Below, piece after piece: positions 38,353 to 51,895 of a stretch of DNA of 64,000 nucleotides. Below the pieces are notes generated by a model. That model made no database searches. It was not told the DNA's origin and was given only the letters and a program-made list of their open reading frames with translations. Position 1 is the first letter of the stretch, and the number at the start of each line of letters is the position of its first letter. Source of the DNA: Mobula hypostoma (lineage: Eukaryota); contig NC_086097.1 of assembly GCF_963921235.1 (NCBI RefSeq), positions 14,818,001 through 14,882,000 of the forward strand, written 5' to 3'. Position numbers and translations under genes: made by a program.

Positions 38353-39560
38353 GGGACTTCTGGTCAAGATGGCGTCAGTGAACAATGATTCTTCGGCGAC
38401 ACCTTTCAGCTAGCCAATCTCTTCAATTATTTCATTTCTCTACTTGGTCTTTCTGTCCTGATTGAGCTACAGAAACCGTTGGAGCCTGTGACATGCAGTT
38501 TAGAATTTTATCAAATGATCTAGCGCCCTTCTGCATCTGGAGAAGGGCAAAGATGGGACCCCGAAGAGCACTGAGAACACGAATGCCTCATGGATAAGAC
38601 TAGAGATGGGGCACGCGGTCATGGGGAATGACTCCTTTTCAGAGCATTGAGGCAAATGCAGAGGAGGTCAGCAGTCGCTCTCAATGGAGGCCACAGGGTC
38701 GATAGCAGTCGGTAGCCAGGTTGGCAGCATTCGGATCTGGAGTGGCGGTCACTCTTTGCAGAAGGACTGAGCTCATGCAGCCACTCTCCTCGAATGCTGA
38801 CAGGCAGATGTTTCTGATATCCTGAGATTTATGTTATTATTGGACAGTACTTTATATTGGCCTCCTTCAGTTTTCGGTATTTTCTTTCTTATTGACGATT
38901 GACGAGTGGGCGATATGTTATTCTTTGTGAGAGGGAGGAGATGGAGATTTGGGGTCTGATGTCCTTGTTGGTGTTTTCTCTGTGGCTGAGCTGTTAGTTT
39001 TTTGTGTGTGAGAGAGAGGGTTGGGGATTTGATGTTATTGTCATTTTTTTTTTGTGAGGGAGCCGTTTGGGGATTTGATGCTATCGTCACTGTTTTTTTG
39101 TGAGGGAGCCGTTTGGGGATTTGATGTTATTGTCACTGTTCATTTCTGCGAGCGAGGGGTTTGGGGGTTTGATGTTATTGTCACTGTTCACTTTTGAAAG
39201 GGAGGGGTTTGGGGTTTTGATATTTTAGTCACAGTTCATTTCTGTGAGGGAGGGGTTTGGGGTTTTGATATTATTGTCACAGTTTTTTTCTGTGAGGGAG
39301 GAGTTTGGCGTATTTGATGTTCCAGCTGCCGTTTTCCATGTGGACAATCTATTACTTTTTTGTGCGAGGAAGAGGACGGGGGTTTTGGGGTTTGCGAGTT
39401 TGTTTCTTTTTCTTTTTCATACGGGGGGAGGAGATAATATCTTTTCTTTCAATAATGCCCATTTTTTTCTGAATTTCTTGGCTATCTGGAGAAGATGAAT
39501 ATCAGCATTGTATTGTACATGCATACTTAGACAATAAACTGAGCCTTTGAACCTTTGAAA
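38353..39560 (+). mobile_element. Non-autonomous retroposon (about 1.2 kb) with internal VNTR at about 39000-39330
   Basis: 5' gggacttctggtcaagatggcg; tandem ggtttgggg(g/a)tttgat(g/a)ttattgtcac units; 3' aataaactgagcctttgaacctttgaa. Confidence 0.7.
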
Positions 39561-41814
39561 TGGGGAAGAGAATCTGCAGACCAGCATCAAGGACACTCTC
39601 AGTCTACCAAGTGATCTTGCACAGGGACACTGGTGGAGCTGGAGACAAGTACAGATTGCCATGTGGTCTTTGAAGGACAACGCAATGACCCTGTATAGAG
39701 AGATGGAGAAAAAGTGGATATTATATTTAAAACCTTCAACCAGTTAAGGGCTGAAAATGACTATTGGCCCTTGAGCTGCCTCAGATTCACTGGACATTGC
39801 AAAAGGCAGACAGCCTGTATTATGTAGCATCTTTATATTGATGGAGTACTTTTGAATTACAGTCACTGTAGATTCTTTTTCTTCGGAAGCAGTCCCTCAG
39901 GATTAAGACCAATTTGAGTTCACCCTCCATCTTCTGCGGAATGAGAGATTTAATATGCATTTTTTTGCATGAGTTGAATGCTGCAAATCAGCTCCATGCA
40001 ATTCTGGTAGAGGGAGACCTTGGTCTAACAGCAAGGAGATCCAAGGCAATTAGAGATCAGTCTCTGGTGCACATAACCATTGAACAGTGGAGACTGGGTT
40101 CAGCACAGAGACCAAACATGGAATATTTCGTCAATTCAAATGGGTGATACTGACCTTCTATTTTTAACTCAAAACAGGAACAATTACAATGCATTGTTAG
40201 TTTCCTCAGTGTTCACATCTCAGTTATCAGAAGGTTCCAGGAAAGACCATTTTGCTTTCTAAGAAAAGACAGGACAGTGACAGGCTAATTGTCCATTTTC
40301 TGCTGAGCACTTGCAGTGACCTGAAATAGGACGAGAAATTAATTTCCTTCACCAGTCCTGAAGAAAGATCTCAGCCTGAAGCGTCGACAGTTTATTCATT
40401 TCCATAGATGCTGCCTGACTTGCTGAGTTTCTCCAGCATTTTGTGTACGATGCTTTGGATTTCCAGCATCTGCAGACTTTCTTGTGTTAATGGATGTCAG
40501 CCATCTGTGACACCTTTAATTTTATTACAAAAATACCATTTCTTAACTGATGCTGTAGAAAGTTTCATTTAAAAATGGTGAGAGTAAGAGTTCGGCACGG
40601 ACTAGAAGGGCCGAGATTGCCTGTTTCCGTGCTGTAATTGTTATATGGTTATATAGTTAAAATGTCTCAGTACTAGTTTCCAGATAAGGAACAGAGACTT
40701 ACCAATCATGGACCCAGGTACAGTGTAAATTTCTGGGGAAAATCCCAGTGATTTTGTTCTGATATTTTCTGAGGTTCATATCCAGACTGATTAAATACCA
40801 TAAGTTTAAGACTTTTAAGACTTTAAGGCTCTTGTCTTCTTTGTAGAATTGTGGAAGCAAACATGCAGACAGCAAACAACAACGTGAAAATGAATAAATA
40901 ATGCAACTCTATATATAACTCATGTTCTCAGTATTATTTAGTTATCTATCTATTTATCTATCCATTATGTATTTATTTATTTAGTATTTGCACAGTTTGT
41001 CTTTTTTTGCACACTGGTTGTTTCCCAGTCTTTGTTCTATGTAGTTTTTCATTGTTTCTGATGTATTTGTTGTTGTCTGAGTTCCTGCAGGAAAATTAAT
41101 CTCAGGGTGTTACATGGTGACATGTGCGTACTTTGATAATAAATTTTCTTTGAACTTTGAAATAATCCAGTTTATTTTAGAGTTAATAATAACAAATGAA
41201 AATTGGCCAGGACACAGAGGATAACTCCTGTGCTCATGAATTATTGACCTGGGATAGAAAACAGAGAGGTGGCAATTGATCAAGGAAACTGCAAACAAGA
41301 CAGAGGAAATATTCCCGGCTAAAAAAAACCTAGGTGTTCAAGCCAAGGTACTGATGCTCGAAATTCATTGAGATAGTCCCCACGGTTATCATCTTAACTG
41401 TGCCAACTTCTAAAATTACCTCATAAAGTCAATTGCAATTTCTCTGTCCAATTCCACACTGCCTTATTCCACAGCTAGTCAGCTTGTAACATTGCAGTGT
41501 CTCTCCCCCTGGGTGGCATCATTGCTCATGTTGCTAAACACCTCGTGAGCAAATATGACCCAGTACACCCTTCAACAACTTAGCCCAGCAGCACATTATG
41601 GAAAATGAGGTTACCTGATTGGACTTGCTAATTCAAAGTATCCATTCGAGCAGCTTGAACTGCAAAATGAGGTGTAAAATCCTAAAAACATATAAGGAAG
41701 GCCCTCTTTCTGCCAGGCCGAGTAAATTCTACACAGCGAGTTAGCGAGTGGTGTCATATTTTAATGTAGCAACTTTATTAATTTAATTTCCGGTTCGTGG
41801 TTCCACAAAGTCAC

Positions 41815-42190
41815 ATTTATTACCCATCTCTACCTGCCCATGACAAGGCGGTGGTAAGGAAGCTTCTTGAATGGCTGTCGCTCTTCTGCAGAAAGGACTC
41901 GCGCATTATTGTCCTGAAGGGAGTACTGGGGTCTCGACACAGTGACAGTAAAAGGGTTGATGATACAATTCCAAGTTGGGATGGTTTGCGGCTTGGGGAG
42001 GAAGCTGAAGACGGTGGTGCTCCCATGTACATTACCTGCTGCCCTTGTCCATCTTGGTCGCAGGTTGTCAGTCTGGCGTTGTCCAGTCAAGGATGGTACA
42101 ACTTGAGGATGGCATGCCCTGCAGCCAGTGCGTACTGGTAGCAAAAGGATTGAACATTGGAGGTGGTGATTGGGGTACCAACAAGTTGGC
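41815..42190 (-). mobile_element. Old CR1/L2-group LINE 3' fragment
   Basis: Similar to 2160-2510 (GNVHGSTTV...PQTIPTWNCIINPFTVT). Confidence 0.5.
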
Positions 42191-42399
42191 TGCTAAGCTT
42201 CCTCAAAGTTGAAAAAAGATATAGCCCAAGAAGAGTTTATACCTCAGTTGATAGCATTCCACTCTCCCAGGCAAGTGGACTACATTCCATAAATCCTCTG
42301 GATTGTGCCTTAGTTAAGTCAGCTGCTAATACACACCCTCTTACCCATTCTTCTACCCATGTGGAAAGCGGAGAGTGGGGGGCGGGGAGGTGGAGGTAG

Positions 42400-42715
42400 T
42401 TAAAGATATGTTTGGTGGCTGGATCTCATCGAAGATGGTAAAAGTTGCGGAGAAAGATGTGCAGGTGTGGAAGCTCATGGGGTGATAGGTAAGGACAAGA
42501 GGGACTCTATCCCTCCTAGAGCAGCGGGAATCTGTGGTGAGGGCAGAGATCTGAGAAGTAGAGGAAACGCGGGCGAGGGCAGCGTCAATGGTGAAGAAAG
42601 GGAAAGCCCATTTATTGAAGAAGGAAGACACCTCTGATATTCTGGAAGGGAAAGACTCGTCCTAGGAACAGATGCGGTGCAGACAAAGAACTGAGAAAAA
42701 GAAATGACATTTTTA
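42400..42715 (-). mobile_element. Penelope-like element internal ORF fragment (RT C-terminal/linker region)
   Basis: LHRICS motif near 42670-42690 and RDRVPLVLTYHP in ORF 42353-42631. Confidence 0.75.
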
Positions 42716-43400
42716 AAGGAAAAAGTGTGGGAAAAAGTGGGAAGAAGGGCAGATTAGCATGTTGTTTTACTGAAGTATGCAAAACACCTATCCTTGATCC
42801 ATTGACATTGTGTAATGCCAAGATATATCAAACTTCTTTGTGAGTTTTGGCTGACTACGAATGATTAGATCTATATTTATTCTTATCTACTAAAGTCATC
42901 CTCTAAAGCCAAATATTGATCCCTGATGTTGAGTGGATCTATTCCCCACACACTGTCAATGGCATACGAGAGCTGACTATTAGAAAGTTCATAAAGGTTG
43001 GTCCTCATCTTTCTCATCAAATACAGTACCATTCTATGCTGTCCCCCACTAGGGATCAGGAATTCATTGTAAGGAATTTACAGACACCTGTTTCCCAGCA
43101 CTAATCTGTCAGTTTCTTGGAAATCTTTGATTGGCAATTCAAGCCATGTGCAGAGGCTGCCTCTGGGAAAGCTTGAGCAGAGGCATTCTTGATTGTTTGA
43201 GGGTGGGTGGTAATGGTTTTTGAATGGACTGCCCCTTTAAACTCAGATGTTGAATGACGTACTATTGAGAACCTGGATGGTTTCTGCTACAAAAAACCTC
43301 CATCCACTGACCTGCATGACCATTGTATCCCTGTAGTAAGAGAGGTCAAATCCAGGCGGTGAACTAATTTCAGTTTATGGACTTACTGGATCATATTAAT

Positions 43401-43746
43401 CATTCATTCGTTATGTACCGTGTCGTATGACATGGGCGATCATTGTCTTTCCATGACCATAACTGTTCTCGGCAAATTTATCTACAGGATTGGTTTGCCA
43501 TTGCCTTCTTCTGGGCAGTGTCTTTACAAGATGGGTGACCCCCAGCCATTATCGATACTCATCAGAGATTGTCTGCCTGGTGTCAGTGATCGCATAACTA
43601 GGATTTGTGATCTGCACCATCTGCTCATACGACCATCCACCACCTGCTCCCATGGCTTCACGTGAACCTGATCGGCATCAAGCAGGTACCACACCTTGCC
43701 CAAGTGTGACTTGTAAGCTAGTGGAAGTAAGGAGTGCCTTACACCA
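43401..43746 (-). mobile_element. Non-autonomous RTE derivative (5' UTR joined to 3' tail, BovA-like)
   Basis: Conserved RTE 5' UTR motif gaagaaggcaatggcaaacca..cc.gta; tail (gaat)n; no coding region. Confidence 0.65.
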
Positions 43747-45469
43747 CATTTCTCTACCCGCCATCCAAGTCGTATTAACACCATACCGAGTTACCCAACA
43801 TTCATTGCAGGACGAGCATATCTTGGTTTGGATATAATTCATTTTGGGTTGTACACTATGTGGCGGAAGTTAAATTCATCCAATTTCTACCTTTTGTAGG
43901 AAGTCAGAAGTCTAATCAAGTACGATATTCCATTAACGTCAGAGGTTATTACAAGTGCTCAGTGGAATAAGAAGTTCCATTAACATCAAGCCTTTAGAAA
44001 AAGTGCTCAGTGACATATTGATCTGAGAAGTTAATATTGAGATGGCTGCAAAGAACTGGAACGAGGTTTCAAAATTATGAATGAGTTCATGAGGTAATGC
44101 TTAGATCAGAAAGAAAGGTAAGATGTTCTTAGTAAAGGGAATTCTTCTTTCCATAGAACATTTAGAATGTAAATGTTGATTCAGAAATGTATTTTAAAGA
44201 AAATAGATTGTTAAAGAACCTGTGCTATTAGGAGTAAGGTGATACGTGAACACAGAGCACTACAGCACAGTACAAGCTCTTCGGCCCATAATCTTGTGCT
44301 GACTTTATAAACTACTCTAAGATCAATCTAACCCTTCCCTCCTACGTTGCCCTCCATGAATAAAGACGAAATCGAAAAAACTGCAGACCATAGGAATTAA
44401 AAACAAAAGTAGACAACAAATTGTACCTGCATATGCTGGTGATACTAAGCCTGATTCAGATTAACCCAAATGTTGAGCGTTTCTCTTTCCACAGATGCTG
44501 CCTGACCTGCTGAGTTTTTCTGGCATTTTCTGCTTTCGATGCAGCTGTGATGGTGATTGACTCATTTCTGTTCCGTTAGATTTTAGGAGATGTATGATTT
44601 GCTAAGCTCTTTGAAGAAAGGCTGGTCACTGCGTACTGTACCACTGAGTGAACACACAAGCATATCTTCAAACAAAATGGGATTACTCCACCATTGACCT
44701 GTTGCAAGTATCCTTGCCCTTAACAACAATGATAGATTAGGCAATGAGTGATCTGTATTAAATATTGGTTCTATGTATTGGTTCAATAAAAGGCAGACAC
44801 GCAGCTCACACAGTTGTCTAAAAGTAAGCATGCAATTCACACAAGACTAACTGTCTGTATACACACCCACTAGGTTTTCCCTGGCATTTCCTGAACAGTC
44901 AATCAAAGGAGAAAGGTCAGAACCCAGGTATAGGAGCTCACATTGCTCAGGCATTCCTCTTCATCACTCTGTAATCTCCACATCTCCGACAGAAGGTCAG
45001 CCACTTCCACAATGGTTGGTCTCCAGAATTTTCACTGCCTTTACACACAAATTACTCCATTCTAATTCTTTTTCTTATCGGTCCTGCGCCATTATGTTTC
45101 AATTTTGTTGGTTCTTTGCTATTTGGCCTGTCTATGTTCTCTCCCCATTAGGTCTAGCCCTAGGACACAGGCAGCATTACTCCATTGTGCTTCTCCCAAA
45201 TAAGGACCTGTGCCTTCAGTCAGATGCATTCAAACCAGTTTCAGCCAGCTCATGTCAATTGCTGAGCTCAGATTACCTCTGTTTGGCAGTCATCTCGAGT
45301 GAGTGACTAGGCTCAGGTCACCTCTGTTCACAGGTGTTGACTTCTCAGAACCTGGCCAACATAGCCAAGTTGGCCAAGGAAATCCTAATTGCTTTAGGCT
45401 CGGAAACCCTGTGCCTCTGATGCAGATACAACTTTCTTATTCTTACTCCTTCTTCCCTCTTCTTCAGTT

Positions 45470-45865
45470 CAGGCCCTTCAGGCCCTTCTTACCTCATCTA
45501 TCTATCTGCCTGCCTATCACCTTCCCCCTGGTGATCCTTTCTCTCATGGTCCATTCTCCTCTCTAATCAGATTCCTTCCTGTTCAGCCCTTTACCTTTTC
45601 TACCAGACACCTCCCAACTTCTTATTTCATTCTCACCCCCTCCCACACACACCTGGCTTCACAGAATCACATTATAGCTTGTACTCCTTCCCCTCCTCCT
45701 AGCATATTCTGGCATCTTCCACCTTCCTTTCCAGTCCCGATAAAGGGTCTCATCCCAAAGCGTTGGCTGATAATTCATTTCCATTGATGTTGCTTGACCT
45801 GCTGAGTTCCTCCAACACCTTAGGCATATTGCTCTGGAGTTCTAACATCTGGAATCTCTGGTGTG
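45470..45865 (+). mobile_element. Penelope-like 3' UTR and terminal repeat; similar copy at 47930-48255
   Basis: Pyrimidine-rich tract then ccagtcccgataaagggtctc...gacctgctgagttcctcca. Confidence 0.65.
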
Positions 45866-47650
45866 TCTCATTCTTGTCTGCAGATCTTCTGAGAGAGCCT
45901 CCGCATCTGATTGCATTCTAAGCTAGTGGACCTTAGAAGGGACCTAATTTAATGCGAGGTTGGTTTCTATTCGAAGTGACAGTGGAAGATGACCTGCTTT
46001 AGAAGAAGGAACGTGTTAGATTGATCATGGAATAGGCTTATATAGGTTGCACAGCATTGTGGGCCGAAGTGCCTGTACTGCATTGCACTGTTCTATCTTC
46101 AATGACATGGCAGTGCTGATGAACAAACTGAAATATTCATATCTCTGGTCAGCCAGTGACCCTGTGTATACTGTATGATCCATCTCAGCTTCCTCCTGAG
46201 ATCCCCATCAGTCATCAACTAGTTCAGTCGAGAAGTGGCTGGGAATAGTTGGCCACATCAAGGGGCTGTGGGACATTTCAAGATCCCAACTATACCACAG
46301 AGGATTTGTGCTAAGAGTGTGCTGTGTCTCTAGCCACGCTGCTTCCATATATTTACAATGTGACAAACAATATGGAAACCTGTTGAAAATCAAAGGTAAA
46401 ATCCAACCTATCTAATTACTAACTGATCAGCAAAAAATATGATGGAAGCTGTTGTCAACCATGCTAACAAGTGTTCTTATTTATCTGTTATATACTCATC
46501 AACTGCCAGGTCACTGTTGCCCAGAACCACCCATCACTGCCTTCAACCAAACCTGGACAGAAGATCTGAAATCTCACGTTGAGATGAAAGTGTAAACCTT
46601 TGGCATCAGGACAGAAGTTAAGCAAGTGTGACATCAGTACACCAACAGGAAAAGCTCTGGTGGCAGGAGTCATGTCTCACACAAAGGAAGCTGGTTGCAG
46701 TTGTTGAGGTCAATTGTCCCAGCATCAGAAATTCCTCAGGGCCATGTCCTTAGCCCATTACTCCAATTGCTTCATCAATGACTTCCCTTCCATCATAAGA
46801 TCAAAAGTAGAATGTTTGCTGAGCTATGAACAATTTCAACTGCATTACTTCAACAAATGAGACAGCAGCAAGGCCTAATACAGTAATCAGGATCAGGTTT
46901 AATATCAAGTTTAATATCACCAGCATATTTTGTTATGTGGCAGCAGTACATTGCAATATGTAACAAAACTGTAAACTACGGTAACAAATATATATATTTA
47001 AAGGGTTAAATTAAATAAGTAGTGCAAAAGGAGAGAAAAAAGTGTAGTGAGATAGTGTCCATGGGTTCAGTGTTCATTCAGAAATCGGATTTCAGAGGGG
47101 AAGAATCTATTCATGAATCTTTGAGTGTGTGCCATCAAGCTGCTGTTTGCCCTCGCTGATGGTAACAATGAGAAGAGGTTATATCTCTTTTTTATTATTA
47201 AATGCAATCATGAACAATAGCCAGATCAGAAATGCTAATCAAGTCAACTAGTTCCCAAACAGAACTCTGACAGGCCAATCAGATGTTTCACTGCTGCTCA
47301 GCGATGGAACACAAAAAAGTCATATGAACAATTAAGAAACATTAAAAAATAGTAGAAATACTGGAGTCATGATGAAGCCTGCTGGAGAGAGACATTTATA
47401 CACATGCTGTCCTCCATAATTCAAAGAGATTGAAGGATAAGTTTGCAGGTGACAAAACGTGGCAGGAGCACTTGGAACTAAAAACTAATCCCTACCGGGA
47501 GAAAACAGCACCTGTTCTTTCTGCACTGTTCTCCAGCAGTTTAAGGACAAAGTTCAGCCGGAACATAACTCACAAGTGCTCTTGAAGGTCAGGTATTAAC
47601 CCTACCTACCCACAACCAAGCATTGCCATCCTGGTCCCCTTCATGATAGC

Positions 47651-47855
47651 TTATGAAGAAGCATGTGACTTCCCTCCCAGAGATGATAGGTGTTTGTGCA
47701 CTCGACTCTTGGTGGCTTGGACCCCATCATCCCAGATGTTTCCGACCACAGAATCTGGGAGGCTGTTCCAAATTCTGATAGCACAGTGAAGGAAGCTTCT
47801 ATCCAGTGTGTAGGTTCTCGCATCAGGCATAGAAACAGCATGAGCAGGCATAGAT
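47651..47855 (-). mobile_element. CR1-group LINE C-terminal fragment
   Basis: RSFLHCAIRIWNSLPDSVV in ORF 47651-48001. Confidence 0.55.
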
Positions 47856-50272
47856 GGTTGCCGCCATTTTGAGGCATCACTCCTTGAAGATGTCATGGAT
47901 GCTGGGGAGGCTAGTGCCCATGATGGAGTTTCCCCCTTACCTCCTCTTCTCCCTTGCCTATCACCTTCCTCTGGTGCCCCTCCTCCATCACTTTCTCCCA
48001 TGGTCTACTCTTCTCTCCTATCAGATTCATTCTTCTTCAGCTCTTTACCCTTTCCACCTATCTGCCCCCAGCTTCTCACTTCACTCCCCTTAACCCCCAC
48101 CACCTGACTTCAGCTTCTAGTTTCCACTTCCCTTCCCTCACCTTCCTGCTCTGGCTTCTTCCCCCTTCCTTTCCAGTCCTGAAGAAGGGTCTCAGCCCAA
48201 AATGTCAGCTGTTTACTCCTTTCCGTGGATGCTGCTGAGTTCCTCCAGCATTCTCTTACTTTCTCCCCCTCTTATTTTCTGCCATCTTCCGAAGGTGATT
48301 TCCCATCAAAGGAACAGTTAAAGAAATAAAAACAGCTCCTCTATTTTTGTGAGAGCAGCAACATTTCTCTCAGAGTTCAGACTGTGAGGAGGAGAACGGT
48401 GATGGAAGTGGTCCTTAGTCTGGGATTAAAAGACATAATAAATCAGCCATGATGGAATGGTGAAGCAGAGTCAATGGGCCAAATGGCCTAATTCTGCTCC
48501 TATGCCTTATGATCTAATCTCAGTTGAAAGTCACACACTTCAGATTCATTAACAACCAACACAACTAGAGGTAACTCATAAATGTTGTCACACATTCCAG
48601 AGCCGGTGCAGCGCTTGGCCGAGCTACACAGAGCACTCAAGCTGGGCAATTTTTTTTAAAAAGGGCCTTCCGGCCCTTCAAACTGTGCTGCCCAGCAATC
48701 CCCCAATTTAATCCCAGCCTAATCACAGGACAATTTACGATGAGCAATTAACCTACCAACTGGTACGTCTTCAGTCTGTGGGAGGAAATTGGAGCACCCA
48801 GAGGAAACACACACAGGGAAACGTACAAATTTCTAACCAGCAGCAGTGGGAATTGAATCTGGATCACCAGTACTGTAAAGCGTTATGCTAACCACTAAGC
48901 TACCGTGCTGGCAAGCAGTGTACATAGTTACTAAGAGTGGAATATCCATCTCAGCTTTTCTGCCTTTATCGTGGGGCAGGACTGCCGAAAGGTTTTGGCC
49001 CAAAACATCGACTGTACTTTTTCCATAGATGCTGCATGGCCTGCTGAGTTCCTCCAGCATTTTGTGTGTGTTGCTTGGATTTCTTGGTGACCATGTTATA
49101 TCTGTGGCTCCTAGTTATCTCCTCAGCAAGCGGAACAACATTTCTGTTAGAATTACAACTTGTGGGATACACTGAAGGCAGATACTCTTATAATGTTCAG
49201 AATCGGGTTTAATATCACTAGCATATGCTGTGAAATTTGTTGTCTTCGTGGCAGAAGTAAAATGCAATACAAACTAATAGAGAAAAAAACTGTGAATTAC
49301 AGTAAGCATATGTATATATTTAAATAAGTTGTGCAAAATAGAAATTAAAAAAAGCAGTGAGGTTCTGTTCAGGGGTTCAATGTCCATTCAGGAATCGGAT
49401 GGCAGAGGTGAAGAAGCTGTTCCTGAATCATTACGTGTGTGCCTTCAGGCTTCTGTACCTCCTTCCTGATAGTAACAATGAGAACAGGGCACGCTTAAGG
49501 AACATTTGTCCATGCACTTTAGTACCTGAGGCATAGTAGACTCAAATCAAATGCTGGTATGTGGATTAGTGGAGGAAGATACTTGAAGGTTAGCATGGAT
49601 GTGGAGGGCTGAAGGGCCTGTTTCTGTGCTGCAGGACTCTGCCTTCACTTAAGCACCCAATTCTGTTTGCTATTTCCTGCTCATGCATTTCTAATCATAT
49701 TTTTTTATAAATCCTGTTCACAATAGGAAATATGATGTGGAACTTCTTCACTCGGAGGGTGGTGCAAGTGTGGAACAAGCTGCCAGTGGAAGTGGTGGCT
49801 GTGGGTTTGATAGTAACATTTAAGAGAAGGTTGAATAATACATAGATGAGAGGGGTATGAAGGTGTATGGCCTGGGTCTAGGCAGAAGAGCTGGCTGGCA
49901 TGGACTAGATGGCCAAAGGGCCTGTTTCTGTTCTGTGGTACTCTATGACTCTATCTCCATTGTTTCTATATTCAAATAGTTCAATTTAATATCAGTGAAT
50001 GTATACAGTGTACAACCTGAAATTCTTACTCTTTGCAGACATCCACGAAACAGGACATAAAAACAAAGAATGAATGACAGAAACAATGTCTTCAATGACA
50101 ATGAATTCTTTTTTTTAAATATAACATGGGAGTTAGATTACTAATTACAATGACCATGGTGAATACTGACTGACTTTTAAATTGAAGTACAAGAAGTACA
50201 ATGGGACTATGTTAAATCAGGTCACAAGGAGCAAACTGCAGCACAATGCATTTATCTTGAGATGGATTGGGG

Positions 50273-50276
<4 letters not shown>

Positions 50277-50334
<58 letters not shown>
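50277..50334. repeat. (GT)n microsatellite, about 29 units
   Basis: Perfect GT run. Confidence 0.99.
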
Positions 50335-50339
<5 letters not shown>

Positions 50340-50384
50340 CAGCTATTTGCAGGGCATTACGCATAATTCAACTCACTCATTTAG

Positions 50385-50543
50385 AAAAAGGAGGAAATGA
50401 ATACAGAGTAGTTTACTCTTCCACCCAGGAGGATTTAGTTCTTAACCCGAACTATTTCAAACAGAACGAAGATGATGAGCTTTTGGAAGCGCAGAACTAT
50501 TTGGAGAACTGCTCTTTGTTCTGCCCTATTATATACACAGAGG
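50385..50543 (+). CDS. Candidate internal exon (KGGNEYRVVYSSTQEDLVLNPNYFKQNEDDELLEAQNYLENCSLFCPIIYTE), unidentified
   Basis: catttag| ... GAGG|gtaggg; 159 bp, phase 1-1, open, protein-like composition, no repeat similarity recognised. Confidence 0.35.
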
Positions 50544-50999
50544 GTAGGGAAAAGAAAATCTATTTAATTAGCACCTTTCGAAAGCTAAGGATGTTCCAAA
50601 ACACTTCACAGTCAATTAAGTACTTTTTGAAGTGTAGTCACGGTTGCGATGTAGGGAAATGTAATTTGAACACAGCATGGCCCCAGAAACACCAATGGGA
50701 TAAATGTCCAGTTGATGTGTTTTAGTGGTTCTGGTTGGCCGGGAACATGGCAAACTCCTTGCTTTTGAAATAGTGCCAAGGGATTGTTTGCTTAACTTTT
50801 CATGTTAAAAAGTAGCACAATACTTGTCCTGAAGCATTGGCCTAGATTCAGTGCTCTCTGGCGCAGTGCGTGACCCAGCTCCAAGGCCAAGTACAACACT
50901 CCTATCTTAAATTCACAATACACATAGCATTAGTTGATAAGTGACATTTTTAACTTTGCAAGTGCATTCTATAGTAGCAGAGCCAGTTTTTCAGCATCT

Positions 51000-51385
51000 G
51001 AATCAGGCTTAACATCACCGGCATTTGTCATGAAATTTGTTATTATGCAGTAGCAGTACATCGGAATACATAATAAAAAAATTAAATGACAGTAAGTACA
51101 GAAATATTTTTATAAAGTTAAATTAAATAAGTAGTGCAAAAAGATAGAAAATAAGTAGTTCATGGGTTCAAAGTCCATTCAGAAATCGGATGGCAGAGGG
51201 GAAGACGCTGTTCCTGAATCATTGAGTGTGTGCCTTCAGGCTCCTGTACCTCCTCCCTGATTTTAGCAATGAGAAGATGGCCTGTGCTGGTCCTTAAAGA
51301 TGGATGCCACCTTTTAGAGTCATTCCTCCTTGGAGACGTCACGGATGCTGGGGAGGCTGGTGCCCATGAGGGAGCAGACTGAGTA
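51000..51385 (-). mobile_element. Rex1 3' fragment; similar copies at 46890-47180 and 49195-49495
   Basis: gttcatgggttcaa..tccattcagaaatcggatggcagaggggaag...gccttcaggctcctgtacctcc. Confidence 0.75.
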
Positions 51386-51549
51386 TTAGAGTGAATATAT
51401 TGAGTGGTGGTTGGGAGGATGGAGGGGTCAACTTTACTCTGGGCTCCACTATTACAGTGGGGCTCTTATACTATTTAGCAGTTGCAAGAAGCCCCCTTAT
51501 CATTAGGCCAGAGTTGGAAATGCCCAACTTTGCCCACTTTGCCCTCCTC

Positions 51550-51895
51550 ACATAGAACATAAAACCTTCTTGCTCAGTACAAGCCATTCAGCTCGTGATG
51601 TTGTGCTGACCTTTTAACCTACTCTAAGATCAATCTAACCTCTCCCTCCAAAAATAACCCTCAATTTTTCTATCACCGACTTGCCTATCTAACAGTCTCT
51701 TAAATCTCCCAACACATCAGCCTCTACCACCACCCCGAACACGGTGGTCCATGCACCCACCATCCTCTGTGAAAATTCTACCTCTAGCACCCCCCTATAT
51801 TTTTCTTCAATCTTTTAAAATTATGCTCTCTCATATTAGCAATTTACACCCAGGGAATAAGTTTCTGCCTATCCTCTTATCACCTCATATACCTC
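51550..51895 (-). mobile_element. CR1 3' end
   Basis: catagaacataaaa tail; gatgttgtgctgaccttttaacctactctaagatcaatctaacc. Confidence 0.7.
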
